Origin: a virus
Taxonomy: Duplodnaviria > Caudoviricetes
Virus record (IMG/VR): IMGVR_UViG_3300036546_000137
Coordinates: 1 to 31,428 of that record
Reading direction: 5' to 3' (one strand)
Length of the DNA stretch: 31,428 nt
Made by a program: the position numbers and the translations under genes. Under the pieces are notes generated by a model that ran no database searches, was not told where the DNA came from, and worked only from the letters and a program-made list of their open reading frames with translations. Positions 18,213 through 27,426 of the stretch are shown piece by piece. Position 1 is the first letter of the stretch; every line of letters begins with the position of its first letter.

Positions 18213-20196
18213 CTTGTGATTTCTTATGTTTTCTGAGCATTTTCAGTTTACTTACAATCGGTCCAACTAGCACAATATAACCACCGTCAACAGCCTTGAT
18301 TGTCCCGCCTTCAAGGAGCCTTCCGACCATTCTGTTGGTACCATTTTGCAATGCTTTCTTGGCTGCATCGTTACTCATTCCCTTGCCAACCAGGTAATCT
18401 CTCCAAGCGGTCCAGCCCAGGAAACAGTCACCTTCTGCATTGACAATACCACCCTCAAGCCATGCGTCCATGAGGCATTGCTCATCCTTGCCAAGGTCCG
18501 GCTCAGGAGCTTCTCCCTCGACCACTACAGCGCTCGTGACGGCTTCTCCATCCTCATCCAGCCATCCGTCCAGTGTAACGCCTGAGAGACGCACATAGAC
18601 CGGCTCAGCTACCTCACTGTCCTTCATCTTGGTCTGCTTGAGCATGATGCCATTATTGCCCTTCTCCACCTGTATCTCGGCGTCCAGAGCACCCTTCCAC
18701 GCAGAGCTTCCCCTGGCGCGTCCTTGAGCCTCCTGTGCTACACCAGTGTGGTGAATGATGAGTACTGTACAGTCAAATTCTTCCTGGAGTGCTGCACAGC
18801 TATCCAGGAACACCTTAGTATCCTGGGCGGAGTTCTCGTCCCCTGAGAGGAAGCGGTTAAGGGTGTCAACTGCAATGACTGATGGTATCACCCCGGCTTC
18901 CCTGATGCTCTGTATAACCAGACGTAAACCCTCTGGCTTGTCTATGTCAGCAGCGGACCGCGATACCAGGAAGTGAGAGAGATCCTTCTTGTGGTTTGCC
19001 TGTGACCATGCAGCCATGCGTGCGCGAAGCCCATGATGGCCCTCACCACAGAGATACACCACATCTCCAGCCCTTACCTTATGGTTCATCCATTCATCAG
19101 TGCCGGTGGAAATACGGAGTAACCAGTCAAGTGCGACAAAGGTCTTTCCGCATCCACTGGGACCGAAGAGCATGACGGTAGCCTTTGCCTGGAGCCAATG
19201 CTTCACTAGCCAGGAGAGTGGTGCCGGTTTTGCTATAAGGTCTGTTCCTGATTCCAGCCAGCTTGTGGTGTTCGGCTTAAGTAACGCTAAGAGATCCCCA
19301 CCTCCTTGATGGTAATCATTTACATCGGTTCCTTCATCCGGTGGATAAACCACGATTGCGCCATGCTTCTCTGCGGCCTTCTTAGCAGCCACAAGACCGG
19401 TATTCTCACCGGTCTTCGGGTGAGGTTTGTCATTGTCAGCAACAATGGTGATTCGTGCATGGGGCAGGAATGAGCGTATAGAGGAGAGTACCGGTTCAAG
19501 ATTCCCTGCACTGAATGCAATCACTGTGGATGTCTGCGTAGCCTCATAGATGGTCGCCGCGGTAGCAAAGCCCTCAGCAACATATAACACTTCCCCTGGG
19601 TCTCCGAGCATACCAAAGCAACCCTTGATGTCGGCGTCCTTATGGAAGCGCTTCTTGCCTTCCGGTGTAATGTACTGGAGATTCACCAGCTCTGCTTCCT
19701 TGGAAAATATAGGGACCATAAGACGCCCGTCTCCAGTCACATGGATGTCGTGAGGTTTGACTCCTTTGCTCTCCAGGTAAGGATGGTTGAATGGAGCGGT
19801 CTCTGTATGTTCCCAGATGTATTCTATGGAGTCTTTTGCCCGCTCTGCTCGTGCTTTACGTTCAGCCTCACGCTGCTTCTTCGCCTCTTCAAGTCTTGCC
19901 ATGATTGCTGCGTTCTCAATCATGGACAATGGTCGACCGATATCTGCCCTGAAGGTTTGTGTGATACCGGCTCTCCAATCTCCAAATTGGCCCGCTGGCA
20001 CCCCGTCACCGTAAGCAACGTACCAACCGGCATCATCGTCTGGCCTATCGCTGGTAGGGAAGCGGTGCAGCTCTCCGTCAAAGAGGATGGAAGGAGGCGG
20101 GGTGATTCCCGCCTCGCTCATGGCCTTGATCAGTTGGTCCTCAGGAGATGATGGTGTTTCTGGATAGTTCATCCAAAGATAAGATAGGTTGCCCAT
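18193..20196 (-). CDS. Toprim primase fused to RepA-like (AAA_25) helicase
   Basis: DGELHRF N-domain, AEGFATA and ADND..DVND Toprim motifs, GPSGCGKT, VDT, IHH...ARGSS. Confidence 0.93.
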   Translation of the reverse strand: MGNLSYLWMNYPETPSSPEDQLIKAMSEAGITPPPSILFDGELHRFPTSDRPDDDAGWYVAYGDGVPAGQFGDWRAGITQTFRADIGRPLSMIENAAIMARLEEAKKQREAERKARAERAKDSIEYIWEHTETAPFNHPYLESKGVKPHDIHVTGDGRLMVPIFSKEAELVNLQYITPEGKKRFHKDADIKGCFGMLGDPGEVLYVAEGFATAATIYEATQTSTVIAFSAGNLEPVLSSIRSFLPHARITIVADNDKPHPKTGENTGLVAAKKAAEKHGAIVVYPPDEGTDVNDYHQGGGDLLALLKPNTTSWLESGTDLIAKPAPLSWLVKHWLQAKATVMLFGPSGCGKTFVALDWLLRISTGTDEWMNHKVRAGDVVYLCGEGHHGLRARMAAWSQANHKKDLSHFLVSRSAADIDKPEGLRLVIQSIREAGVIPSVIAVDTLNRFLSGDENSAQDTKVFLDSCAALQEEFDCTVLIIHHTGVAQEAQGRARGSSAWKGALDAEIQVEKGNNGIMLKQTKMKDSEVAEPVYVRLSGVTLDGWLDEDGEAVTSAVVVEGEAPEPDLGKDEQCLMDAWLEGGIVNAEGDCFLGWTAWRDYLVGKGMSNDAAKKALQNGTNRMVGRLLEGGTIKAVDGGYIVLVGPIVSKLKMLRKHKKSQEGTQGT

Positions 20197-20199
20197 TAG

Positions 20200-20355
20200 T
20201 TACTCCTCCGGTTCGGCGAATGGGATGAGCTCATGTTCATATGAATCACAAGCGTCTGGTAGGCTGTAGAAATCTGATGGGATAACCGTATCAAATTGGT
20301 CACAGTAATTGTCCTTGTGGTGAATGCAGGTCTCACAACAGCGTGGTTCTTGCAT
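20200..20355 (-). CDS. 51 aa Cys-rich acidic protein (replaces track ORF 20196..20387)
   Basis: MQEPRCCETCIHHKDNYCDQFDTVIPSDFYSLPDACDSYEHELIPFAEPEE; AAGGAG RBS 9 nt upstream. Confidence 0.75.
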   Translation of the reverse strand: MQEPRCCETCIHHKDNYCDQFDTVIPSDFYSLPDACDSYEHELIPFAEPEE

Positions 20356-20383
20356 AGTATATTGCTCCTTTTTCGGTATGATA

Positions 20384-20722
20384 TCAAAACAGAGAGAGTT
20401 GTTTTGGGCCTGTTAGTTGCTCCATGAGCTCGTCATACATTTGCTGGGTGTATTTGCAGGTATTACTTATAGAGGTGCTTTTCTCCAGGCAATTCTTGGT
20501 ATGATAGGCTAGCTCTTCTATAGCTTTCTGTAGTGCTTCTTCTTTGGTCTTGAAGATGTAATAGTCGTACCATTCCTTGAAGATGCAAAAATATTCATAA
20601 TGACCATTTTTATAGTGATGATGGATGGTGTAACCACCGTCAACCTGTATGATCAGTATCTCTGCCCTATGCGCATCATTATGGAAGGTCTTTGCTTCTA
20701 TCAGAATATTATCTGGTGGCAT
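20384..20722 (-). CDS. Hypothetical protein with C-terminal QLSLF clamp-binding motif
   Basis: Start at 20722 by TGATG coupling and GGAGG; ends KQLSLF. Confidence 0.75.
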   Translation of the reverse strand: MPPDNILIEAKTFHNDAHRAEILIIQVDGGYTIHHHYKNGHYEYFCIFKEWYDYYIFKTKEEALQKAIEELAYHTKNCLEKSTSISNTCKYTQQMYDELMEQLTGPKQLSLF

Positions 20723-21102
20723 CAGTCTGCCTCCCATCCATCGGGCAGGGTGAGTGAGTCTTTCCAGTCGCCGGAGAAGTCGATGAGTCCGTTTGGCAAT
20801 TCTTCGCCAATACACCCGAATTGGTTGTCGTACCATATCCATGTAACCAACCCTATTTCAGGCTTCTTCGGGAACCACAACAGCCTGTTTTCTATATCGA
20901 TTGCGACAGGTTTACCGAGAATGTTTGCCCATTCCTTGAGCGTTTTCTTCCCGCCACTCATCAGCCTGTCGTAGGCTTCGGCCTTTGCTGATAGCCATTG
21001 ATAATAATTGTTCTGGATACACCCCTTACAAGGGCCCTCTTGAATTTCTACCAACTTCCCAGTCTCTTCCTCATACCGTTTCATCATCTCAGTCTTTTCC
21101 AT
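20722..21102 (-). CDS. Hypothetical protein with MEKTEMMKRYE N-terminal module
   Basis: TGATG coupling with GGAGG RBS at 21102. Confidence 0.75.
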   Translation of the reverse strand: MEKTEMMKRYEEETGKLVEIQEGPCKGCIQNNYYQWLSAKAEAYDRLMSGGKKTLKEWANILGKPVAIDIENRLLWFPKKPEIGLVTWIWYDNQFGCIGEELPNGLIDFSGDWKDSLTLPDGWEAD

Positions 21103-21530
21103 CACTCCACCTCCATATACTTCGGCATCGGTAACCAATGGTCTACCGTTCCCTCAACGATTGCCACTGATGAATATGTATCCCAGTTGTCTATCAGTTC
21201 GTACCATCCTTCCTTGAGATACCACTCATCCTGTTCCTCGCAGTATTCCACGCACAGATCATCATCCTCACTACCTTCTTCTTCCTCGTACTGTCTGATA
21301 TAGACCGCCCTGACACGCCTACGCTTGCCGTAGCTATTCAGGTAGGTGGCGATTACAATCTGGCCCTCCTCCGGCAGCTCGCTCGCAGGTCGCCACGTGA
21401 GCTGTGCTTCGAGCCATTCGATATACTCTTCCGTATACGCTTCTTCATTGCACCAATGGTCGCCTACTACTCGCACAGCAGATATCTTTGTCTCTTGCTC
21501 ATACCGCTTCATCATTTCAGTCTTTTCCAT
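21102..21530 (-). CDS. DUF551-like protein with MEKTEMMKRYE N-terminal module
   Basis: WRPASELPEEGQIV...VDHWLPMP matches DUF551; TGATG coupling at 21530. Confidence 0.78.
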   Translation of the reverse strand: MEKTEMMKRYEQETKISAVRVVGDHWCNEEAYTEEYIEWLEAQLTWRPASELPEEGQIVIATYLNSYGKRRRVRAVYIRQYEEEEGSEDDDLCVEYCEEQDEWYLKEGWYELIDNWDTYSSVAIVEGTVDHWLPMPKYMEVE

Positions 21531-21910
21531 CACACCCTCCTGTTCCATGCGTCGATGGCTTGTTGTCTTGTGTTACCAGTAACCTCTATTAAGGTAAAAC
21601 CATACACTATTCCATGTTTCAGATAAAACCTTACCTTATATGTACAGAATCCTTCTCTACCTACTCTCACAATTTTGGGATAACCTCCCCACGGTGAAGG
21701 CAAGCACCCATCCTCATTGAGGATTCCAAGGTCTTTGATTATCATGGTGGAACAATCAAATTCCCTTTCACTCTGAATGGGGTCACCGCACCAATATAAT
21801 GTACAGAAAATGCAACCACTGCATTTATTCGTCTGTTTTACTGCCTTGACCATATGCCTCTTCCCGTCAATCTCCTCAACCCACTGTTCACCTAGACTTC
21901 TCTTTTCCAT
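21530..21910 (-). CDS. Hypothetical protein with degenerate Lar-like C-terminal domain
   Basis: CSGCIFC...C cluster, then LPSPWGG...TRQQAIDAWNRR resembling the Lar family PCPFCG...AIxAWNRR. Confidence 0.6.
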   Translation of the reverse strand: MEKRSLGEQWVEEIDGKRHMVKAVKQTNKCSGCIFCTLYWCGDPIQSEREFDCSTMIIKDLGILNEDGCLPSPWGGYPKIVRVGREGFCTYKVRFYLKHGIVYGFTLIEVTGNTRQQAIDAWNRRV

Positions 21911-21914
21911 CACC

Positions 21915-22574
21915 CTACCTCCTTTCCCACCAGAGTAAGCACGTCTCTATCCCTGAGGGGCCTGTATCGAACATCGGGGTATCACATACTGGATACTCTC
22001 CATCTGCGTTCTTTCGGCTCTTCCTGCACGTCTTGCAGGGCTCGTGATAGGTGGGGGCCTCTGCGGTTACCGGCGGAGCTTCTTCCTTCACTTGAGCGCT
22101 TGGCTCTGCGATTTTGGCCTGTTTTAGGGGTGAGGCCTCTTTTTCCTCTCCTACAGTAAGCGGACTTATTTCCACTACCTTCTTTGGCCTACCAGCCTTC
22201 TTCTTGGGAGTCCCATCTGCTTTCGCTTTAGGTGGTCTACCACGCTTTTTCTTTGGAGTCTGCGCCGGTTCATTAGCTACAATTACTCCGCTCTCGGGTA
22301 GTACTACAATTCCACCCTTCTTGAATACTTCCTGAATCTCGGTGATCTCCTGAGATACGGCTGCTTCACAAAGCTCTACCGCTTTAGCTAGCACCGCCTT
22401 CTTTACTTCCTGGGTATCGAGGGCAACCTTTACCCAATACATACGGTTTCCTGCCCTACTACTTGAATCACATTCATTCCCATGCATGAGAAATCCGTTT
22501 GTATACCATGTGGCCTTCTTTAACTCATTCAGGTCTCCAATCATTCCTTCCAGTTCTTTTGCAATATCACTCAT
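21915..22574 (-). CDS. Hypothetical protein with AT-hook-like motifs and C-terminal Cys cluster
   Basis: PKKKRGRPPK and PKKKAGRPKK in a low-complexity linker; CKTC...C...C at the end. Confidence 0.72.
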   Translation of the reverse strand: MSDIAKELEGMIGDLNELKKATWYTNGFLMHGNECDSSSRAGNRMYWVKVALDTQEVKKAVLAKAVELCEAAVSQEITEIQEVFKKGGIVVLPESGVIVANEPAQTPKKKRGRPPKAKADGTPKKKAGRPKKVVEISPLTVGEEKEASPLKQAKIAEPSAQVKEEAPPVTAEAPTYHEPCKTCRKSRKNADGEYPVCDTPMFDTGPSGIETCLLWWERR

Positions 22575-22840
22575 CTCTTTAACTCCTTTTGTCTACTTGC
22601 GTTCGTGCAGATCATCATGGCAAAGTTGCCGACGTCTGCTGCCTCTCTCATGACCTCCGTTTCGTCCTTAACAAGGATGGCGTCGGTCAACTCCTCAACC
22701 TCGTTGGATAGCAGATACAACAACTCCAGGAGGGTCAACTTGTCCCAATACCCCTTGTGCTCATTCTCGCTAAGCTTCTGCTTCATCGCCTCGGTGAAGG
22801 TAGCTATATCAGCCTTTATCCTTTCCTTACTCCGCTCCAT
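22571..22840 (-). CDS. MazG-like all-alpha NTP pyrophosphohydrolase fold protein
   Basis: EVEEL...EAADVGNFAMMI (ExxE/ExxD metal motif). Confidence 0.72.
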   Translation of the reverse strand: MERSKERIKADIATFTEAMKQKLSENEHKGYWDKLTLLELLYLLSNEVEELTDAILVKDETEVMREAADVGNFAMMICTNASRQKELKR

Positions 22841-22946
22841 GCTTCATCTCCCATACTCCCCATGCGATGCTGAGTACCACTACAGCAACAATCCCAATCC
22901 AAGCACTGACAGCCATGCTGGATACAAATAGCATTGATTTAATCAT
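22827..22946 (-). CDS. Small single-pass membrane protein (39 aa)
   Basis: MIKSMLFVSSMAVSAWIGIVAVVVLSIAWGVW; fills the gap between neighbours. Confidence 0.55.
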   Translation of the reverse strand: MIKSMLFVSSMAVSAWIGIVAVVVLSIAWGVWEMKHGAE

Positions 22947-23574
22947 CCTCTTCATCCTCACTGTCCTTATAGAGATTGATAATCTCGCCCTCATCAGTGC
23001 CGCAGACCTTCTTGCCACCTATCCAAACCTCAGTGTCATCCTTGTCGCACATCTCCTTGAGACCGCCCGCCATACCTACAGCAGCATCGAACAACTCTTG
23101 CTGCTTACCGGTGCTCATCGCCTTCTTTACGATTGCCACTGATCGATCTATGAGCTTGGAGAGCAGCGCTATCTCATCCTCGGTGATATCGTCGCTATGC
23201 AAGACCTTTACTCGCGTGCTATCCACAAGCAGCATCTTGTCACCTTTGATTTTGTGAGTGATTTGGGAATAAGTGGACCCTGTTTTCCATCCACTAATCT
23301 CACCGGAAAGTCTTCTCCAGGTACCGTCATTCCCCATCCTTACCTCTATGCCATTACATACCAGGAGCACGTTATCTATACCCTCGAATCCTGTAGCTCT
23401 CCTAAATAGCGGTATAAGAGTGCTGAACGCATTAAGCATCTCTGTTGACTCCTTACTGGAGAGTCCAACAGATACCGTCATATCGCCGTCATAAGAAGAA
23501 TGGGCCAGCACTAATTCCATCGAGGATTTCATCCGTACCATAGTCACGTTTTCTCTCGTTAATTCCATCATCAT
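22939..23574 (-). CDS. Hypothetical protein
   Basis: 211 aa ORF with AAGGAG RBS, acidic tail, internal QQELF. Confidence 0.75.
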   Translation of the reverse strand: MMMELTRENVTMVRMKSSMELVLAHSSYDGDMTVSVGLSSKESTEMLNAFSTLIPLFRRATGFEGIDNVLLVCNGIEVRMGNDGTWRRLSGEISGWKTGSTYSQITHKIKGDKMLLVDSTRVKVLHSDDITEDEIALLSKLIDRSVAIVKKAMSTGKQQELFDAAVGMAGGLKEMCDKDDTEVWIGGKKVCGTDEGEIINLYKDSEDEEDD

Positions 23575-25168
23575 CTATCTCCTTCCAAATCCTTTGTTTG
23601 ACCCGGTAAAACTTACCGTTCTTTCTGTATTCGATTTCTGTAGGTGGTCTCCCCCTCTGCATAGACATACAGAGGTCAACCGGTGTGTTTTGCTGCATGA
23701 TATCCACCCCTGCTTGCTCAGCGATCTCCCTGAGCTGGCCCATAGCCCACTCACCGGGATAACCAGGGTGAAACACCACGAGATACTCCTGTACAACCGG
23801 GTCACTGAGAGCACCGTAATAGGAGACCTTGAGGCTTTGTTTTCCGCTGGACTTACCGGTATGTACATCCCATGTCCAACTGCTTACTTTCATGATTATG
23901 TTCTCAAGACCGGATATATCATCGTCACGGAGGTAGTAACCAGGCCCATGTTCTTCTTTCGGGAATTCGTAACCACAGCATGGACAGGTCTTCGCGCTCG
24001 CTCCGATGATTTCTTCGCATTCAGGGCATACTTTGCTCGGCGCTACCCCTTCACGCTGCCCTTTCTTCCTGGGAGGTCTTACTTGTGTGATAGGGCCGTG
24101 CTGCGCAATCACACCTGCGAAGTCGAGTACCAGGCAGTCTCCGCCATGGCTTTTAAGGCGAAGCCCACGACCTGCCATCTGTATGTAGAGACCGGGAGAC
24201 ATCGTCGGTCTTACCATTGCTATAAGGTCAATGTCTGGATAATCAAATCCGGTGGTCAGCACGTTTGCATTGGTAAGGGCCTTAATCCTTCCAGCCTTGA
24301 AATCCTCAAGGATCTCTTCGCGCTCAGCTTTAGGAGTATCACCGGTCACACATGCGGCAGGAATGCCTCTCTCGATGAGGATATCTCGCATATGCTGAGC
24401 ATGTTCTACACCGGTGCAGAAGAACAGCCAAGCCTTCCTGTCCCCTGCTCTGGCAATAACCTCATCAACTACCAGCTCACTGTCCTCTTGCTTGTCTACA
24501 GCCTTCTGTAGCTCGCTCTCGATATATTCTCCACCCCGAAGGTGTACACCTTCTGTGCTGAGTTTCTTGACGGTAGATTTACTTCTGAGGATTGCTAAAT
24601 AGCCCTGTCTTTGGAGCTGGGCAATACTCGTTACTTCTATGATATCGTCAAAGAGGGCAGGCTCATCAGTAATCATTCCATGACCCATCCTGTACGGAGT
24701 TGCAGTAAGACCGATGATACGTAGATCAGGATTAATCTCAGATAAAGCATTCAGGAACTTGCGATACATGCCTTGGTCTTTGTGTGATACCAGGTGTGCC
24801 TCGTCGATGATAACCAGGTCTACGTGGCCTACTTTCTCTGCTTTTCTATGAATACTCTGTATCGAGGCAAAAGTGATTCTGTCCAATTCCTTCACCCCGA
24901 TACCAGCAGAGTAGATACCGAGAGGAGCAAAAGGCCAATGAAGGAGTAGTTTCTCGGCGTCCTGCTCAATGAGTTCCTTCTGGTGGGTAAGTAACAGGAT
25001 ACGAGTCTCCGGCCAGCTCTGTACGGCCTCCCTGCATAGCTCTGCGATTACATGACTCTTACCTGAGCCAGTAGGTAGAACGATACAGGGATTGCCTTCC
25101 TTATGGTACTGAAACCATAGGTAGAGTTGGTCGATACTCTTGCGTTGGTAGGAGCGCAGCTCACTCAT
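23489..25168 (-). CDS. SF2 DExH helicase, RadD/YejH-like with zinc finger
   Basis: LRSYQ, LPTGSGKS, DEAH, TATP, LTTGFD, QMAGRGLR, CPEC..CPCC. Confidence 0.95.
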   Translation of the reverse strand: MSELRSYQRKSIDQLYLWFQYHKEGNPCIVLPTGSGKSHVIAELCREAVQSWPETRILLLTHQKELIEQDAEKLLLHWPFAPLGIYSAGIGVKELDRITFASIQSIHRKAEKVGHVDLVIIDEAHLVSHKDQGMYRKFLNALSEINPDLRIIGLTATPYRMGHGMITDEPALFDDIIEVTSIAQLQRQGYLAILRSKSTVKKLSTEGVHLRGGEYIESELQKAVDKQEDSELVVDEVIARAGDRKAWLFFCTGVEHAQHMRDILIERGIPAACVTGDTPKAEREEILEDFKAGRIKALTNANVLTTGFDYPDIDLIAMVRPTMSPGLYIQMAGRGLRLKSHGGDCLVLDFAGVIAQHGPITQVRPPRKKGQREGVAPSKVCPECEEIIGASAKTCPCCGYEFPKEEHGPGYYLRDDDISGLENIIMKVSSWTWDVHTGKSSGKQSLKVSYYGALSDPVVQEYLVVFHPGYPGEWAMGQLREIAEQAGVDIMQQNTPVDLCMSMQRGRPPTEIEYRKNGKFYRVKQRIWKEIDDDGINERKRDYGTDEILDGISAGPFFL

Positions 25169-25491
25169 GCCTTCTGCTCCTTGACGATGGTCTTTTTCTT
25201 CGTTTCTGGCTCCGCGTACAACTCTTCCAACAAGGTCTGCATACGTTCCTTAACCCCGGAAGAACCTTCTCTTGTGTAACAGCCAACCATCAACTGGCCC
25301 ATCGATTTCTTAAAGTTCATGGCAGCTTCTTTCTCGCTCTTGAATCCACCGTAGAACTTGGTTGAGTAGGTGTTGTATTTGCCTACAATCGTTGCGGTCC
25401 ATGCCCATCCATCATTGATTTCTGTTACCATAATCTGGATGCTTTCTTTCTTGTACTCGCCTCTAATTACTCTCATTGATGATTCTCCCAT
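25165..25491 (-). CDS. Hypothetical protein
   Basis: In-operon ORF with ATGA coupling to the helicase; real start may be 25476. Confidence 0.7.
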   Translation of the reverse strand: MGESSMRVIRGEYKKESIQIMVTEINDGWAWTATIVGKYNTYSTKFYGGFKSEKEAAMNFKKSMGQLMVGCYTREGSSGVKERMQTLLEELYAEPETKKKTIVKEQKA

Positions 25492-26491
25492 TGAAGACCC
25501 TACGGGCCATGTCTATAATCGCATCACCGAAGGGTCCTCCTGCGATGATCTCCTTGCTCGAATATCCATCTTCGCCATTCACCACCGGCTTCCCGTCGAT
25601 GATGTATACAGCGCTATGCTCTCCGCCTAAGCCACTCTTCATATCCAATTCATAGGGGACAAGGTCCGGGTGCAACACATGGCTCTCACAGCCTTGGTAC
25701 TGGCTCTCTAGTGGTATGGTGTCTCCCCAGCGCTCGCAGAACCATGTACCATCTTCCTTTGCAGTAGAATGAGCACAGGTGCGGCAATTGATCTCTTTGA
25801 CCTTATGGTTTACATGACAGAAATCATGCATAGGGCAGAATCGGCACTGATACCAGGTAGGGTCAGTTGAAATAGGGGCAGGAATTCTGGATTCTAGAGC
25901 AACCCGCTTCCCGCGCGCTATGTAGTAATGAGCAAGCTCTCTGTCCAACTCTATGCGCGTTGCTTCAATATGATCATCGTCCTTGCAAACGGCGTAATAC
26001 AAAGCCCTGTCAAGCTGGTGCCCGCTCATATACACCTGCATTTGTACATAGTGCATAAATTTTGCGTCCATAACTCCTTTTGTCTGGAGCTCGGCGAATG
26101 AGCGAGCATTGTGTGTCTTTGCTTCCAGGATATGCCATGTCTTTGGAGCCTCAGGAAGACCCTTAACAATACCGTCCGGGTGTCCTTTTACGTGGCAGCC
26201 AAAATCGAGAAGCTTCTGATCTTCAAGACACTCTTCCACCGTGCATCCGATAGCACGGAGGTCAGCAACGATAGTCTCTTCCTCTGCTTGACCTCGCCTG
26301 AACAGACGCTTGATACGACCAGGGAACTTCTCTATCACTGCCCAGTGGAACATGAGCCACATGTAGCGCTCACAGTGATGTCCTAGCATGGATACTCCCA
26401 TGTAAGGGCGTGGGCGCTCCTGGAACGATTCGTGATAGGCATCTACGAGCATCTCTATATCGAAATTTGGGTTCTTTGGAATGGTAGCCAT
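25463..26491 (-). CDS. PD-(D/E)XK exonuclease, Cas4/AddB-like with Fe-S cysteines
   Basis: CER..W, GHPDG, LEAKT, YVQMQVYM, CRFC...C; start set at 26491 by TGATG coupling. Confidence 0.88.
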   Translation of the reverse strand: MATIPKNPNFDIEMLVDAYHESFQERPRPYMGVSMLGHHCERYMWLMFHWAVIEKFPGRIKRLFRRGQAEEETIVADLRAIGCTVEECLEDQKLLDFGCHVKGHPDGIVKGLPEAPKTWHILEAKTHNARSFAELQTKGVMDAKFMHYVQMQVYMSGHQLDRALYYAVCKDDDHIEATRIELDRELAHYYIARGKRVALESRIPAPISTDPTWYQCRFCPMHDFCHVNHKVKEINCRTCAHSTAKEDGTWFCERWGDTIPLESQYQGCESHVLHPDLVPYELDMKSGLGGEHSAVYIIDGKPVVNGEDGYSSKEIIAGGPFGDAIIDMARRVFNGRIINESN

Positions 26492-26853
26492 CACTTCAAC
26501 TCTCCTATCACTCTTACTTCCCATTTACCTACATTGCGTCCATGGCGTACTGCATATACCAGGGCCATACGTGAGCATCCAATACTGTCTGCTGCTTTTG
26601 TATAGCCCTGTATAGTTCTTGTTTCGCCGGTAATGCGATTGGTTAGCTTGAACGTTTTCTTCTTCTTAATTTCTGGCTCATAATCATCAGCGTAAGCAAA
26701 GCTGAATCCAGCCTTTGAATGTCCGCCAGTCCTGATAAGGGTGCCCACTCGTGAAACACTGAGTCCTGCTTTCTCTGCCGCAGCAGACAATCCTAACACT
26801 TGACGTGCAGCACCATCTGGGAAGTAAATAATGATCCTTGAATGCTTTTCCAT
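26491..26853 (-). CDS. Tandem NUMOD1/IENR1-like HTH DNA-binding protein
   Basis: Two units: LSAAAEKAGLS...GFSFAY and TGE...YTKAADSIGCS...KWEV; AAGGAG RBS before ATG 26853; no nuclease domain. Confidence 0.65.
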   Translation of the reverse strand: MEKHSRIIIYFPDGAARQVLGLSAAAEKAGLSVSRVGTLIRTGGHSKAGFSFAYADDYEPEIKKKKTFKLTNRITGETRTIQGYTKAADSIGCSRMALVYAVRHGRNVGKWEVRVIGELK

Positions 26854-26933
26854 TTCATAGCTCCTTGCCCTGCCATCATCAGCACCGGTGGGGCAGCTCC
26901 GGTGGACCCCCTCAGTGGAGAGGGGGTTTCGGC

Positions 26934-27425
26934 TCAACGTTTCCAAGGAGGAGTGGAAGCTGCCGCTGGGGCTGGAGCTTTCGTTGACACCGCCTGAGGA
27001 GCAGGACTACCCTTGAGCGCTCGGTAGTTCTTGACGATATTGCCGGGGTCGTAACCAGGGCTCGGCTTCTTGTCGATGTCTACCTTGATTTCACACCGGC
27101 ATCCGATTAGCTCGTCAGTGTCTTCAACTTTCGGAAGACCACAAGCGGTCATGATTTCCCTGAGTTGGGAAAGACCAATACGTTCTACCGTCTCTCTGTT
27201 TGGTCCGTTGTTGCGGATATTGATACGGTCAAATACGATTCTTCCTTCATAGGATGGCCCTTGGACTTCCCATTGGATATTGATGTATTGACCCTCTCCA
27301 CTCTTGCTGTCCTTGAGCTCCGATTCCTTTACTTGTACGGTGTACCATCCAGCAGGAATGGGGTCAAAATTCCGGTCGTTCTCCGGCAGCTCTGCTGCCT
27401 GATAAATTTGTCCTAATCTTGACAT
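26934..27425 (-). CDS. DUF669 family single-stranded DNA-binding protein
   Basis: FDPIPAGWY, YEGRIVFD, DTDELIG motifs and flexible tail ending PPWKR. Confidence 0.85.
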   Translation of the reverse strand: MSRLGQIYQAAELPENDRNFDPIPAGWYTVQVKESELKDSKSGEGQYINIQWEVQGPSYEGRIVFDRINIRNNGPNRETVERIGLSQLREIMTACGLPKVEDTDELIGCRCEIKVDIDKKPSPGYDPGNIVKNYRALKGSPAPQAVSTKAPAPAAASTPPWKR

Positions 27426-27426
27426 A

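Noticed and set aside
20196-20387. 63 aa track ORF MISYRKRS
   Set aside because: Another frame (20200..20355) has a strong RBS and a coherent Cys motif.
23594-24511. 305 aa plus-strand ORF
   Set aside because: Antisense to the conserved helicase core; no protein-like features.
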